A stretch of DNA of 64,000 bases from Candidatus Omnitrophota bacterium. Its GTDB lineage: Bacteria > Omnitrophota > Gorgyraeia > Zapsychrales > JANLHA01. Below are positions 37,493 through 45,746 of this stretch, one piece after another. Each line of letters opens with the position of its first letter. Positions within the stretch are counted from its first letter, which is position 1. The translations under genes were made by a program, and so were the position numbers. The stretch covers positions 4,351 to 68,350 of the forward strand of contig JACKFI010000003.1 of the NCBI GenBank assembly GCA_020632555.1. The letters run 5' to 3'. The notes under the pieces were generated by a model. That model searched no databases and was not told where the DNA came from. It was given only the letters and a program-made list of their open reading frames with translations.

Positions 37493-39121
37493 ATGGCAAG
37501 GATTATTATGAATCAAAAACGTACGAAAAAAATTTGTTTTTCTTTTTGCTGGGCTGTTGTGTCGATGGGTCTGATTTTGAGTTTGTTCTCTGTTGCGGCT
37601 GCCAGTGAATCACAACAGTCTGTTGATGGTGATGAATTATTGGCAGCATCTTTGAGTGATTTGCGTGCGACAATGGAGAAAGCACGGCAGAGCAATGCTT
37701 CTTATAGTCAGCAAAATCGTTTGTTGCGTCAGCAGATTGATCAAATTCAAGAAGCGATAAATTATTTCGAAACACAAAAAGTTGTTGCTGGGCAAGATGG
37801 TGTTGAAAGTGTTGCTGGCCCTGATCTTGAAGGGGCATTGGCGGATCAGGAGAAAGCGTTGTATGAGGCGCGAGTTGAAAATTTTATGCTCAGACGAGAG
37901 CGTTTTAAAAACGAAGGTTTGCGTTTACAAAAGAAAATTCAATCTTACGATGAAGAGAATCAAATCGCGCAGCAGAATATGGCTCAGTTGGCAAAAGAAA
38001 TTGCCCAAATGGAATCTGGATTAAAAGATCAATCACCGAGCGCAAAGACTCAGGAACAGATTTCGGCTGATGTTTCCGGTGATATTTCTGATTATATAAC
38101 TCGCCGCGGTATTCTTGAGAAAAATCTGGCTTTGCAAAGAGAGATTTTGCAAAATAATGATCAGCAAAAGGCTGTTTTGGAAAAGCAACAAGCTTCACTT
38201 TTGGCAGAAATATCATCAAATCAAGAACAGTTAACTCTTTTGCAGGGAGAGAAAAAGCTGATCATTGGTGAAGTTGAGGCCGCTGGGTCGGATTTGAATC
38301 AGGGGCAGAATAATGACCGCCAAGCTGTTGTGCAGTTGCAGGATTACCGTAATCAATTGAACGCTTCTATAGCAAATTTAAAGAAAACGGCTCGAATGGT
38401 CAGCGAGAAAGATAATAGAAATCTAGAGTACGTTTTAAAAAATCTTAAACAGCAGCAGGTTTTTTTAAAACAAAAGTTGAGCATTTTGGAGAGTCGTGCA
38501 ATTCGGCCGGTTCAATCAGCGAAAGCTGCTAATGCCTTGGTAATCTCACGAAAGCGTTTATTAGAGATTCAAAAAGATTTGCAAACAAAAATTAAACATG
38601 CTCAAAAAGAATATGCCGCAGACAAGCAGTCGATCACTCAAGGCGGGGGTGTGAATGTTGTTGAATTGAATGATAAAATTGACAAAAGTTCCAAGCAGGT
38701 GCGTCATTTGCAACAACAGATTAATGAATTGCAAAGGACACCTTCGGCGGACAGTAAAAGCCAAGAGTTGGCAGCGCAAGTTGAGACTTTAGAAAAGAAT
38801 TTGCAGCTATTGCGTCGGCAGTCTAAAGACATTGCTGCCGCTGATGATGTGGTGACAATAAGCCAAGATGATGGTGCTCTTGAAGAAGAAATCAAGAGTT
38901 TGACTGCTCGACGGGATATTTTGAGCGAGTCGATTAGCGCGATTGATAATAAATATCAGAGGAGCAATCTTTTTCCGAAAGGATTCGGCGCGACAGAAGA
39001 GCAGTTGAAGGAATATCGGTCGACTTTGTCGTCGACTAATGCCGCTTTGCAAGAAAAACTTTTAGTCCTGCAAATGCGGCAAGATAAGCTGGAATCTGCC
39101 GGTGTAACTGGTTTGCAGTAA
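37493..39121 (+). CDS. Exported 542-aa Q/E/K-rich coiled-coil protein embedded in the pilus locus
   Basis: N-terminal signal/anchor KICFSFCWAVVSMGLILSLFSVAAASE. The rest has a heptad-like, low-complexity helical composition. No catalytic motif is present. Confidence 0.55.
   Translation: MARIIMNQKRTKKICFSFCWAVVSMGLILSLFSVAAASESQQSVDGDELLAASLSDLRATMEKARQSNASYSQQNRLLRQQIDQIQEAINYFETQKVVAGQDGVESVAGPDLEGALADQEKALYEARVENFMLRRERFKNEGLRLQKKIQSYDEENQIAQQNMAQLAKEIAQMESGLKDQSPSAKTQEQISADVSGDISDYITRRGILEKNLALQREILQNNDQQKAVLEKQQASLLAEISSNQEQLTLLQGEKKLIIGEVEAAGSDLNQGQNNDRQAVVQLQDYRNQLNASIANLKKTARMVSEKDNRNLEYVLKNLKQQQVFLKQKLSILESRAIRPVQSAKAANALVISRKRLLEIQKDLQTKIKHAQKEYAADKQSITQGGGVNVVELNDKIDKSSKQVRHLQQQINELQRTPSADSKSQELAAQVETLEKNLQLLRRQSKDIAAADDVVTISQDDGALEEEIKSLTARRDILSESISAIDNKYQRSNLFPKGFGATEEQLKEYRSTLSSTNAALQEKLLVLQMRQDKLESAGVTGLQ
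39024..39088. repeat. Direct repeat copy 1 (the 3' end of the coiled-coil gene)
   Basis: ctttgtcgtcgactaatgccgctttgcaagaaaaacttttagtcctgcaaatgcggcaagataag recurs at 40237-40301 with 2 substitutions. Confidence 0.9.
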
Positions 39122-39161
39122 ATTTCTGCAGGTGTCTTTTAGTAGTTAGCAATACGGGAGG

Positions 39162-40193
39162 ATGTTTGCTATGGGTGTGTATCTTAAGAATCTGCATATT
39201 AAAGCTTCTTCAAGCCGGTTGGTTGAAGAAATTCTCCAAGAAAATGTTAAGGACAATTATCGGGTTCTCCCTGCCAAGGGAGGATGGATTACTGTATGTC
39301 TTAACGTAGATAAGGTTGAAGAGAAAGAGTTTGTTGAAATTAACAAGATATTATCGAAAAAACTTGGGGTCGCAATTTGGGGCTTTGATATTTATGACAG
39401 CGATATTTTGGTATTTCATTTATTTGATGGAGGAAATTTAATTGCAAAGTTTAATTCGAATCCTGATTATTTTGGCGTTGCGACTAGAATAAAGCGTAAA
39501 TACTTTTCTTGTAGTGCTGATCAAATAAAAAGATATTGCCAGCGAGGTACTTTAACAAAGCAACTACAAAGAATTCTTAAACAAAAAACTATTCGGGATT
39601 TTGCGGATGAGACTGAAATTGATATTAATAATTATGTTTTTGAAGAACAAAGACTCGAGGAGTTGCTGAGCTTGATTGGGATCGATCGCAAGTGGGCTTA
39701 TACAGATTATAGGGATCGAGATGATAGGAAGAACGCAGAGAATAGTTGTGTCGACATGGATTCTTTTACGGAGCGAGCGAATCAAGAAAATAAAACCGAT
39801 AAGGGTAAATTTGCTTATGCTGTTTCATGGGGTGAAATTACAAAGGTTAAGAAATATCTTTCGCGGGGCTTGAATCCTAATTTTAAGGATATTCTTGGAC
39901 TAACACCGCTGATGATTGCAGCTGAAAATTCTCGAATTGAGACCATGAAAGTTTTGATCGAGAATGGTGCCAATGTTAATACTGTCGATGATAGTGGAAA
40001 TACGGCTTTGCATCTTGCCATTGAATGCGAAGATGAAGATGTTATTAGGTTATTGCTTGAGGTGGGTGCTGATGTTTATAAAAAAAATCGTGCTGGTGCA
40101 ACACCCGACAGTATGATTAGGAGCTCAGAATCTTTGGATGTTTTATTTTCTGATTTATTAAAGAGTTTAAAGAAAAAATCCAGAAAACGTTAG
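39162..40193 (+). CDS. Ankyrin-repeat protein with an uncharacterised N-terminal domain
   Basis: C-terminal ANK units 'GLTPLMIAAENSRIETMKVLIENGANVN', 'SGNTALHLAIECEDEDVIRLLLEVGADV', 'AGATPD'. The N-terminal roughly 220 aa carry no recognised motif and no signal peptide. Confidence 0.8.
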   Translation: MFAMGVYLKNLHIKASSSRLVEEILQENVKDNYRVLPAKGGWITVCLNVDKVEEKEFVEINKILSKKLGVAIWGFDIYDSDILVFHLFDGGNLIAKFNSNPDYFGVATRIKRKYFSCSADQIKRYCQRGTLTKQLQRILKQKTIRDFADETEIDINNYVFEEQRLEELLSLIGIDRKWAYTDYRDRDDRKNAENSCVDMDSFTERANQENKTDKGKFAYAVSWGEITKVKKYLSRGLNPNFKDILGLTPLMIAAENSRIETMKVLIENGANVNTVDDSGNTALHLAIECEDEDVIRLLLEVGADVYKKNRAGATPDSMIRSSESLDVLFSDLLKSLKKKSRKR

Positions 40194-40236
40194 CTATTGA
40201 TAAAAAGGATAGATTCTTATAAATAAATATTTTCTT

Positions 40237-40301
40237 CTTTGTCGTCGGCTAATGCAGCTTTGCAAGAAAAACTTTTAGTCCTGCAAATGCGGCAAGATAA
40301 A
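40237..40301. repeat. Direct repeat copy 2 (non-coding remnant of the coiled-coil gene 3' end)
   Basis: 63 of 65 nt are identical to 39024-39088. It keeps the same reading frame and runs to a TGA that lies inside the TTGACA -35 box at 40328. Confidence 0.9.
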
Positions 40302-40327
40302 GCGCCGGTCACTCAGGCCATGTCCCC

Positions 40328-40356
40328 TTGACATTGTCATAAACAGGTTTTATACT
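40328..40356 (+). promoter_or_regulatory. Sigma70-type promoter driving the riboswitch-pilA leader
   Basis: TTGACA (40328-40333), 17-nt spacer, TATACT (40351-40356). Confidence 0.65.
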
Positions 40357-40382
40357 TTCAGTGCAGCAAAGTTAAAAGATGA

Positions 40383-40470
40383 AAAAGGCAAACCACTCGC
40401 AAGGGTGGGACGCAAAGCTAAAGGGTCCCGTCGCCGGAAGGTGAAGTTTGAGGGACAGCCAGTTACCATC
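40383..40470 (+). promoter_or_regulatory. c-di-GMP-I (GEMM-I) riboswitch aptamer
   Basis: 'GGCAAACCACUCGCAAGGGUGGGACGCAAAGCU' aligns almost base for base with the V. cholerae Vc2 aptamer segment 'GGCAAACCAUUCGAAAGAGUGGGACGCAAAGCC' (recalled from the literature). The first hairpin has a GNRA (GCAA) tetraloop. A second hairpin GUCCC...GGGAC carries an internal GGAA loop, and the 3' 'AGUUACC' matches Vc2 'GGUUACC'. Confidence 0.8.
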
Positions 40471-40490
40471 AAAAGGTCAAAAGCTTATGT

Positions 40491-40525
40491 ATCCCATTCT
40501 TGGTTGGTCAGGAATGGGATTTTTT
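40491..40525 (+). terminator. Intrinsic terminator (riboswitch expression platform)
   Basis: atcccattc (40491-40499) pairs with gaatgggat (40512-40520), followed by TTTTT at 40521-40525. Confidence 0.75.
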
Positions 40526-40776
40526 ATTGAGATATATAAAGACAAATAATCGCAAGAATGGCGAATAAAAAAATTGCAAGTAAGATTGACAGCGAAAGGA
40601 GGTATGTTACGATTAGTACCATAAGTTAACTTAACGATAAAGGAACATCGAACAAGCGCTCTGCACGGGAAATAAATTTTGTAAACCGTTATCATTCATT
40701 ATCTTCTACGGTTTATTTTCTGGGTAAAGGGCTTGAAAAAGACGGTGCCGACCTTTATCCAGAAAGGAGGAAGAAA

Positions 40777-41175
40777 ATGAAAATGAAATTAAATCGCAAG
40801 GGGTTCACACTCGTTGAAATTATGATCGTTGTCGCGATCATTGCCCTCTTAGCAGCCATCGCAATTCCGAACTTGTTAAAAGCCAAGATTTCAGCGAACG
40901 ATGCCTTAGCAAAAAGCACGTTGCGTTCGCTCTCAACAGCTTCTGAGACGTTTGCAACGGCTAACACCGGTAACTATCCGACTGATATTACGTCGTTGAC
41001 AGGAGCCACCCCGCCGTACATTCAGGTGCCATATTGTGATCAACAAAACTCTGGTTTCAGCTTTACCTGTACCATGGGAACAGGGTCTTACACGTATGTG
41101 GCCACGCCTGTAACGGTTGGGACTTCAGGGACAACGACATGGACGATTGCTACGGGTGGTGTTTTAACTCCGTAA
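40777..41175 (+). CDS. pilA: Major type IV pilin
   Basis: AGGAGG RBS. Class III signal 'MKMKLNRKG/FTLVEIMIVVAIIALLAAIAIPN' (prepilin cleavage/methylation motif). Small T/G-rich C-terminal domain with one Cys pair. Confidence 0.9.
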   Translation: MKMKLNRKGFTLVEIMIVVAIIALLAAIAIPNLLKAKISANDALAKSTLRSLSTASETFATANTGNYPTDITSLTGATPPYIQVPYCDQQNSGFSFTCTMGTGSYTYVATPVTVGTSGTTTWTIATGGVLTP

Positions 41176-41214
41176 CTCGTTTAGTTGTTTGACGTGTTTG
41201 TCTTAACAGGAAAT

Positions 41215-41243
41215 GGGGGGCCAATCAAATGGCCCCCTTTTTT
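41215..41243 (+). terminator. Intrinsic terminator/attenuator after pilA
   Basis: gggggcc (41216-41222) pairs with ggccccc (41231-41237), followed by TTTTTT at 41238-41243. Confidence 0.75.
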
Positions 41244-41269
41244 CTGAAAAATGGAAAGAGTGTGATGGG

Positions 41270-41746
41270 ATGAAGCGACAAATTAAAAAATTTTTTGGAA
41301 CATCATTGTCGACCAGCGGGTTTACTCTAGCGGAATTGATTGTTGCCGCTGGAATTATGGGTGTTGTGGTCGGCGGAATTTTGGTTAGCTATGTTCGCTG
41401 TATGGAGCTTAATGAGGCCTCTCAGAATAAGTCTTTGGCCGTTAAGGCGGCACGTGACCGAATGGAAACCATAAAGAGTACGGCTTATGCCAATTTGGTT
41501 TCTACCTATAATAACGTACCTTTTACGGTAACTGGTTTTACAGGACAAGGCATCAGTTATGTCACAGTTTTGAATGCAAAGAATACGGAAGTTGTTGTTT
41601 CTGTCAGTTGGCGCCAGAAGAATGGACGGGTTTATGGTGAAGATAAAAACTTGAATGGCGTTATTGATAACGGGGAGGATGTCAATAGTGACGGACGGCT
41701 TAATTCGCCAGTGGATATCGTAACCCGAATTTTTAAGAGGAGTTGA
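41270..41746 (+). CDS. Minor (pseudo)pilin with prepilin-type N-terminus
   Basis: The ATG at 41270 lies downstream of the terminator; the track start at 41213 lies inside it. 'SGFTLAELIVAAGIMGVVVGG'. Confidence 0.75.
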   Translation: MKRQIKKFFGTSLSTSGFTLAELIVAAGIMGVVVGGILVSYVRCMELNEASQNKSLAVKAARDRMETIKSTAYANLVSTYNNVPFTVTGFTGQGISYVTVLNAKNTEVVVSVSWRQKNGRVYGEDKNLNGVIDNGEDVNSDGRLNSPVDIVTRIFKRS

Positions 41747-42384
41747 TGGGGATGAACTTGAATTGCAAAAAAGGCTTTAGTTTGATGGAGCTGATGGTGA
41801 CAGTTGCCATTATTTCTTTGATGGCGGCTGGGGGATTTGCAGCTTTGTCAGCCGGGGAGGCGTCGTGGTTTACGGCAGAAGCCAGTATACAGGTTCAAGA
41901 AAATTTACGTAAAGCTTTGGACCATGTCACGGCGGAATTGAGAGAAAGTCATTTGTCGCAAGTGGCTATTGCGCAGGGGACGGGTTTTAATGCGACAGAC
42001 ATGGTGACATTTAGTATTCCGGTGATTTGTCACACTGGCGATAATTTATTGAATGCTAACGGGGATGTGGCGCATTGGGGAGCGACGCTGCGCTGGGGAT
42101 GTCGTGACGCGGCGTGTATGGATTTAAATAACACGTGCTCATCGGTTGAATATAAATTTATCCGTTATGAAGTTATTACGGGTAATCAATTGGTTCGTAA
42201 AGTTTTGGATAATGCCAGCACGGTGATGCGTCAGGATGTTATCGCGCATAATATTACGGATTTTCAAGCGAGAATTGTTTCAGGTTCTTTAATTGAGTTG
42301 ACTTTGCAAGCTCGGGTGACATCCGTTTTGAATCGTCCGGTACAAGCGACGGTTCAAAATAATATTACTTTGAGAAATCAATAA
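41743..42384 (+). CDS. Minor pilin (PilW/PilV-like) with prepilin-type N-terminus
   Basis: 'KKGFSLMELMVTVAIISLMAAGG'. The true start is possibly the ATG at 41752. Confidence 0.75.
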   Translation: MMGMNLNCKKGFSLMELMVTVAIISLMAAGGFAALSAGEASWFTAEASIQVQENLRKALDHVTAELRESHLSQVAIAQGTGFNATDMVTFSIPVICHTGDNLLNANGDVAHWGATLRWGCRDAACMDLNNTCSSVEYKFIRYEVITGNQLVRKVLDNASTVMRQDVIAHNITDFQARIVSGSLIELTLQARVTSVLNRPVQATVQNNITLRNQ

Positions 42385-42391
42385 AAAGGCG

Positions 42392-44122
42392 GTGGCCGCG
42401 ATGAAAACAAAAACTTTAAAACACTGTTCTGATGAAAAAGGTATGGCGCTGGTGATTGTTTTGATGGTGGTGATGGTTTTTGCTATTTTGGGCAGTGTGT
42501 TTGTTGCGCGCACGGTTAATGAAAAGAATACCGCCGAGCGAGAGAAATTATTGAACCAAGCTTATTATGTCGCCGAGGCTGGCGCTGATGCGGGGTTAGC
42601 CAAGTTGGACTCACTGATTAACACAGATCTTTTAACAACAGTCAATACCACCAATCCTAATATTTTGGGTAATAAGGCTGAGTTATATGCGACTAATCAG
42701 GATGGTTTGGGTTTCTTGGTTATGTATGTTAAGCAGAATGGAACGGCCCAATTGGTTTTAAATGGGACTCAGGCTCAGTATTCATCGTCTAATATAACAT
42801 TGGGTTCAGGAACGTATCGTTATGATATCGTATTGCAACAAAAGTCGAATCCGGTTTTTATTGCCACTGATATTTGGGATTTTCCCTATTATTACCAAGT
42901 TCAAACGACGGCGACGGTGCAGAATGTTTCCCGGAAAATTCGCTTGGACGGAGATTTGACGGTGCGTGTTCAGCGGGATAATTTTGCAAAATTCGCTTTG
43001 TTTACCGATCATCACAGTCTACCGAGTTCAGCGACGGTGTGGTTTACCAGCCAGACCAATTTCGCGGGGCCGTTGCATACCAATGAACGGTATAGTTTTG
43101 CTTTTAATCCCAGCGGAACTTTTGATGGAGCAGTGACTCAGCAGCATAATTCAGCACGGTTTTATAATAATGGATTTAATTTCTTGGCTGATGCGGATGC
43201 CAATGGGACCACAGATCTTCCGATATTTAATGCTGGTTATACGCGTGGCGTTAGTCAAATTGTTCTTTCTTCATCTGTTCAGCAGGCGGATTTAGCTAAT
43301 CAGGCTAAGGGCGGACAAAATATTAATAGCAATGGGATTTATGTTCCTTACTCGGGTAGTAATCTTGTTGGGGGGATTTTTGTGAAAGGCAATCCCAATA
43401 TTACCCTGGGTGTGGATGGTTCCAATAATGCGAAATATACTGTGCAATTGGGAGCAACGACCAAGGTTATTACAGTTAATCGAGGGGCTAATACAACCAG
43501 TGTGGTGACTAATGGGGGGGCGCCGGTTGTTTATACAGGAATTCCTGATGGCGTTGATGATTTGGGGACGATTATTTATGTGGATGGAACCGTTAATAAT
43601 TTAAATGGAATTGTTCAAAGGGATACGGAGCTGACAGTGTCTAGCCAGTATGATATTAATATTTCCGGCAATATCAAGTATCAAAATTACACGCCGGGTG
43701 TTGGGACGCCGGGTACGGTCGGTTATATTCCACCCAATGCGACTGGAGAAACAAATTTGCTAGGTTTGGTCGCTTGGGGTGGAGATGTGAATATTACAAC
43801 CACTGCGCCGAATAATATTGAATTGCATGGGATTGTGATGGCGCGCAATGGTATTTTTCAGGTTGAAAACTATACAAATACAGGCACTGGTCCTCGAGGG
43901 GCAGCGACGCTTTTAGGGGGCGTGATCACACAGTTTTATGGAGCTTTTGGTTTGTATTCTAGCTCAACGGGAGGTTTGATTGCCGGGTATGGCCGCAATT
44001 TTGTCTATGATTCTCGAACTTTGATGGGCAAGACGCCGCCTTATTTTCCCAGCATGAAAACATTTATCGCGTTTACCAATGATTTAACGGATAAAGTTTC
44101 TTATCAAGAGGGCGGGTTTTAA
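42392..44122 (+). CDS. Large PilX-N-domain protein (candidate pilus tip/adhesin component)
   Basis: 'EKGMALVIVLMVVMVFAILGSVFVART' resembles the PilX N-terminal hydrophobic segment, which has no cleavable G/F site. A roughly 520-aa G/T/N-rich, beta-type C-terminal region follows. Confidence 0.6.
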   Translation: MAAMKTKTLKHCSDEKGMALVIVLMVVMVFAILGSVFVARTVNEKNTAEREKLLNQAYYVAEAGADAGLAKLDSLINTDLLTTVNTTNPNILGNKAELYATNQDGLGFLVMYVKQNGTAQLVLNGTQAQYSSSNITLGSGTYRYDIVLQQKSNPVFIATDIWDFPYYYQVQTTATVQNVSRKIRLDGDLTVRVQRDNFAKFALFTDHHSLPSSATVWFTSQTNFAGPLHTNERYSFAFNPSGTFDGAVTQQHNSARFYNNGFNFLADADANGTTDLPIFNAGYTRGVSQIVLSSSVQQADLANQAKGGQNINSNGIYVPYSGSNLVGGIFVKGNPNITLGVDGSNNAKYTVQLGATTKVITVNRGANTTSVVTNGGAPVVYTGIPDGVDDLGTIIYVDGTVNNLNGIVQRDTELTVSSQYDINISGNIKYQNYTPGVGTPGTVGYIPPNATGETNLLGLVAWGGDVNITTTAPNNIELHGIVMARNGIFQVENYTNTGTGPRGAATLLGGVITQFYGAFGLYSSSTGGLIAGYGRNFVYDSRTLMGKTPPYFPSMKTFIAFTNDLTDKVSYQEGGF

Positions 44123-44265
44123 GTTTTTTGAGAGTTCTCTTGTAAGAATGATTGGATGCATGGGGGTATTTTGATACCGTGTTTCTTATTGTTTTAAGAG
44201 CACGGTATTTGCGCTTCTTATTTTTTAGTTACTATCATGGCCTGCTAAATGAGCATTTTGCTTTT

Positions 44266-44583
44266 ATGAATAATTCAATGGTATGGTTTTGGGGAGGGCT
44301 TATTGGTGTTCTTTTAATTGTGAGTTTTGTTTTTAATAAATGGATTAATAAAGAACTTGTCGAAACCGTTAAGCCCGCGAGTGTGCAACAGCCTGTGGAT
44401 CAAAAACTCAAGCATGATCAACCCGCGGTTGTTGTCCAAGAATATGATATGTTTTCAGATTATCCATCATATCCGTCGGAAAAGAAGCCAGAAGATGCTC
44501 CGGTGATAGAAAAGCATGAACGTGTTTTGGATAAAAAAATAATTTATGAAATGCCCACAAGCAATATATTTCTGATACAATGA
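44266..44583 (+). CDS. Small single-pass membrane protein (hypothetical)
   Basis: The internal ATG at 44266 gives MNNSMVWFWGGLIGVLLIVSFVF... followed by a P/E/K-rich tail. Supported only by ORF and context evidence. Confidence 0.4.
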   Translation: MNNSMVWFWGGLIGVLLIVSFVFNKWINKELVETVKPASVQQPVDQKLKHDQPAVVVQEYDMFSDYPSYPSEKKPEDAPVIEKHERVLDKKIIYEMPTSNIFLIQ

Positions 44584-44665
44584 CGCGTGTTGTTGGTTAT
44601 TATATTTTGTGTAAGTTGTTTTTTGGGTTATGGACGTAATATTAAAAAACATTTGTTAGATATTT

Positions 44666-45736
44666 TTGATTATGGCGCAATCCTCTGATCCTTTTTCTTC
44701 TTTGATAAAAAAATTTAATCCCGCCAAGGTTGTCCGTTCATCTGTTGGTCTTGATATTGGTGTTGGTTCTTGCCGCATGGTAGAAGTTGTCAATCGTGCT
44801 GATGGGTTTGAGCTTGTTCGTTGGGCGATTGAGCCGATTGTTGCCGGAGATGTTGTTAAATCCATCCGTACGGTTATGTCGAAAGTGAGCCAGCCAAATC
44901 TTTCGCCTGTGACAGCTTTAACTGGAAAAGGAACATTGATTCGTTTTGTGGATATGCCCAAGATGTCTTTGGCGGACCTGAAACGTTCTTTTTCTTTTGA
45001 AGTTGATAAATATTTCCCTTTTCCCAAAGACCAAATCTTCACGGATTGCTATATTCTTGACCCGCAAGGCATTGATAATAAATTGCCTGTCTTGGTCGCT
45101 GCCGCAAAAAAAGAGCTTGTTCATGAACGAATCAAATTGATGACCAGCGCCGGTTTGCAGGCTGATTTTATAACCTTGGGTTCAATTTCTATTGCTAATG
45201 TTTTTAATGTTTTGGGAAGTCCTCCGATATCTAAAGACAGTTCTGGGCAAGGCAAGAGGGCGATTGCGGTTTTGGATATTGGCGAGTTGGTGAGTAATCT
45301 TACGATTTTGGTTGATAATCGTCCCCGCTTTAATCGGGATGTTTTCCTCGGCGGGAGGGATTTTACCAAAAGTATTAGTAATGCTTTGCGCGTGACGGTT
45401 GAAGAAGCAGAGAAAATTAAGCAGGAACCTAAAGAACGCGCGCAAGACGTCGCGGTAAGCATTGAGTCCGTGGCTTTTGATTTGGTTTCAGAGTTGCGAT
45501 TGTCTTTTGATTATTTTATGACGGAAGCGAATATTCCTATTAGTCAGCTTTTTTTAACTGGCGGCACGACGGCTATGGAGCATTTGCGGCAAAGTCTTTC
45601 CAAACAACTTGAAGTTGATGCTGTGTGTTGGAACCCGATCCGTCTTTTAAAATTAAATGCGGAAGTTGTTGAGGCAGATATCAATGCCAAGGCGGGTTAT
45701 TTGGGTTCAGCTTTGGGTTTGGCATTATATTGTTGA
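44666..45736 (+). CDS. pilM: Type IV pilus assembly protein PilM (actin-like)
   Basis: 'VGLDIGVGSCRMVEV', 'VLDIGELVSNLTIL', 'LFLTGGTTAMEHL' (ASKHA phosphate motifs). Followed by pilNOPQ. Confidence 0.85.
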   Translation: MIMAQSSDPFSSLIKKFNPAKVVRSSVGLDIGVGSCRMVEVVNRADGFELVRWAIEPIVAGDVVKSIRTVMSKVSQPNLSPVTALTGKGTLIRFVDMPKMSLADLKRSFSFEVDKYFPFPKDQIFTDCYILDPQGIDNKLPVLVAAAKKELVHERIKLMTSAGLQADFITLGSISIANVFNVLGSPPISKDSSGQGKRAIAVLDIGELVSNLTILVDNRPRFNRDVFLGGRDFTKSISNALRVTVEEAEKIKQEPKERAQDVAVSIESVAFDLVSELRLSFDYFMTEANIPISQLFLTGGTTAMEHLRQSLSKQLEVDAVCWNPIRLLKLNAEVVEADINAKAGYLGSALGLALYC

Positions 45737-45746
45737 GAGGTTTGAA

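Noticed and set aside
39162-40193. Calling the ankyrin protein a secreted effector
   Set aside because: No signal peptide or recognisable secretion signal is present. Only the insertion architecture and the repeat type are supported.
40403-40520. Assigning ON or OFF logic to the c-di-GMP riboswitch from the GGGUGGGA / UCCCAUUC antiterminator idea
   Set aside because: The proposed alternative pairing is only about 5 bp and cannot be evaluated energetically by eye. The direction of regulation is left open.
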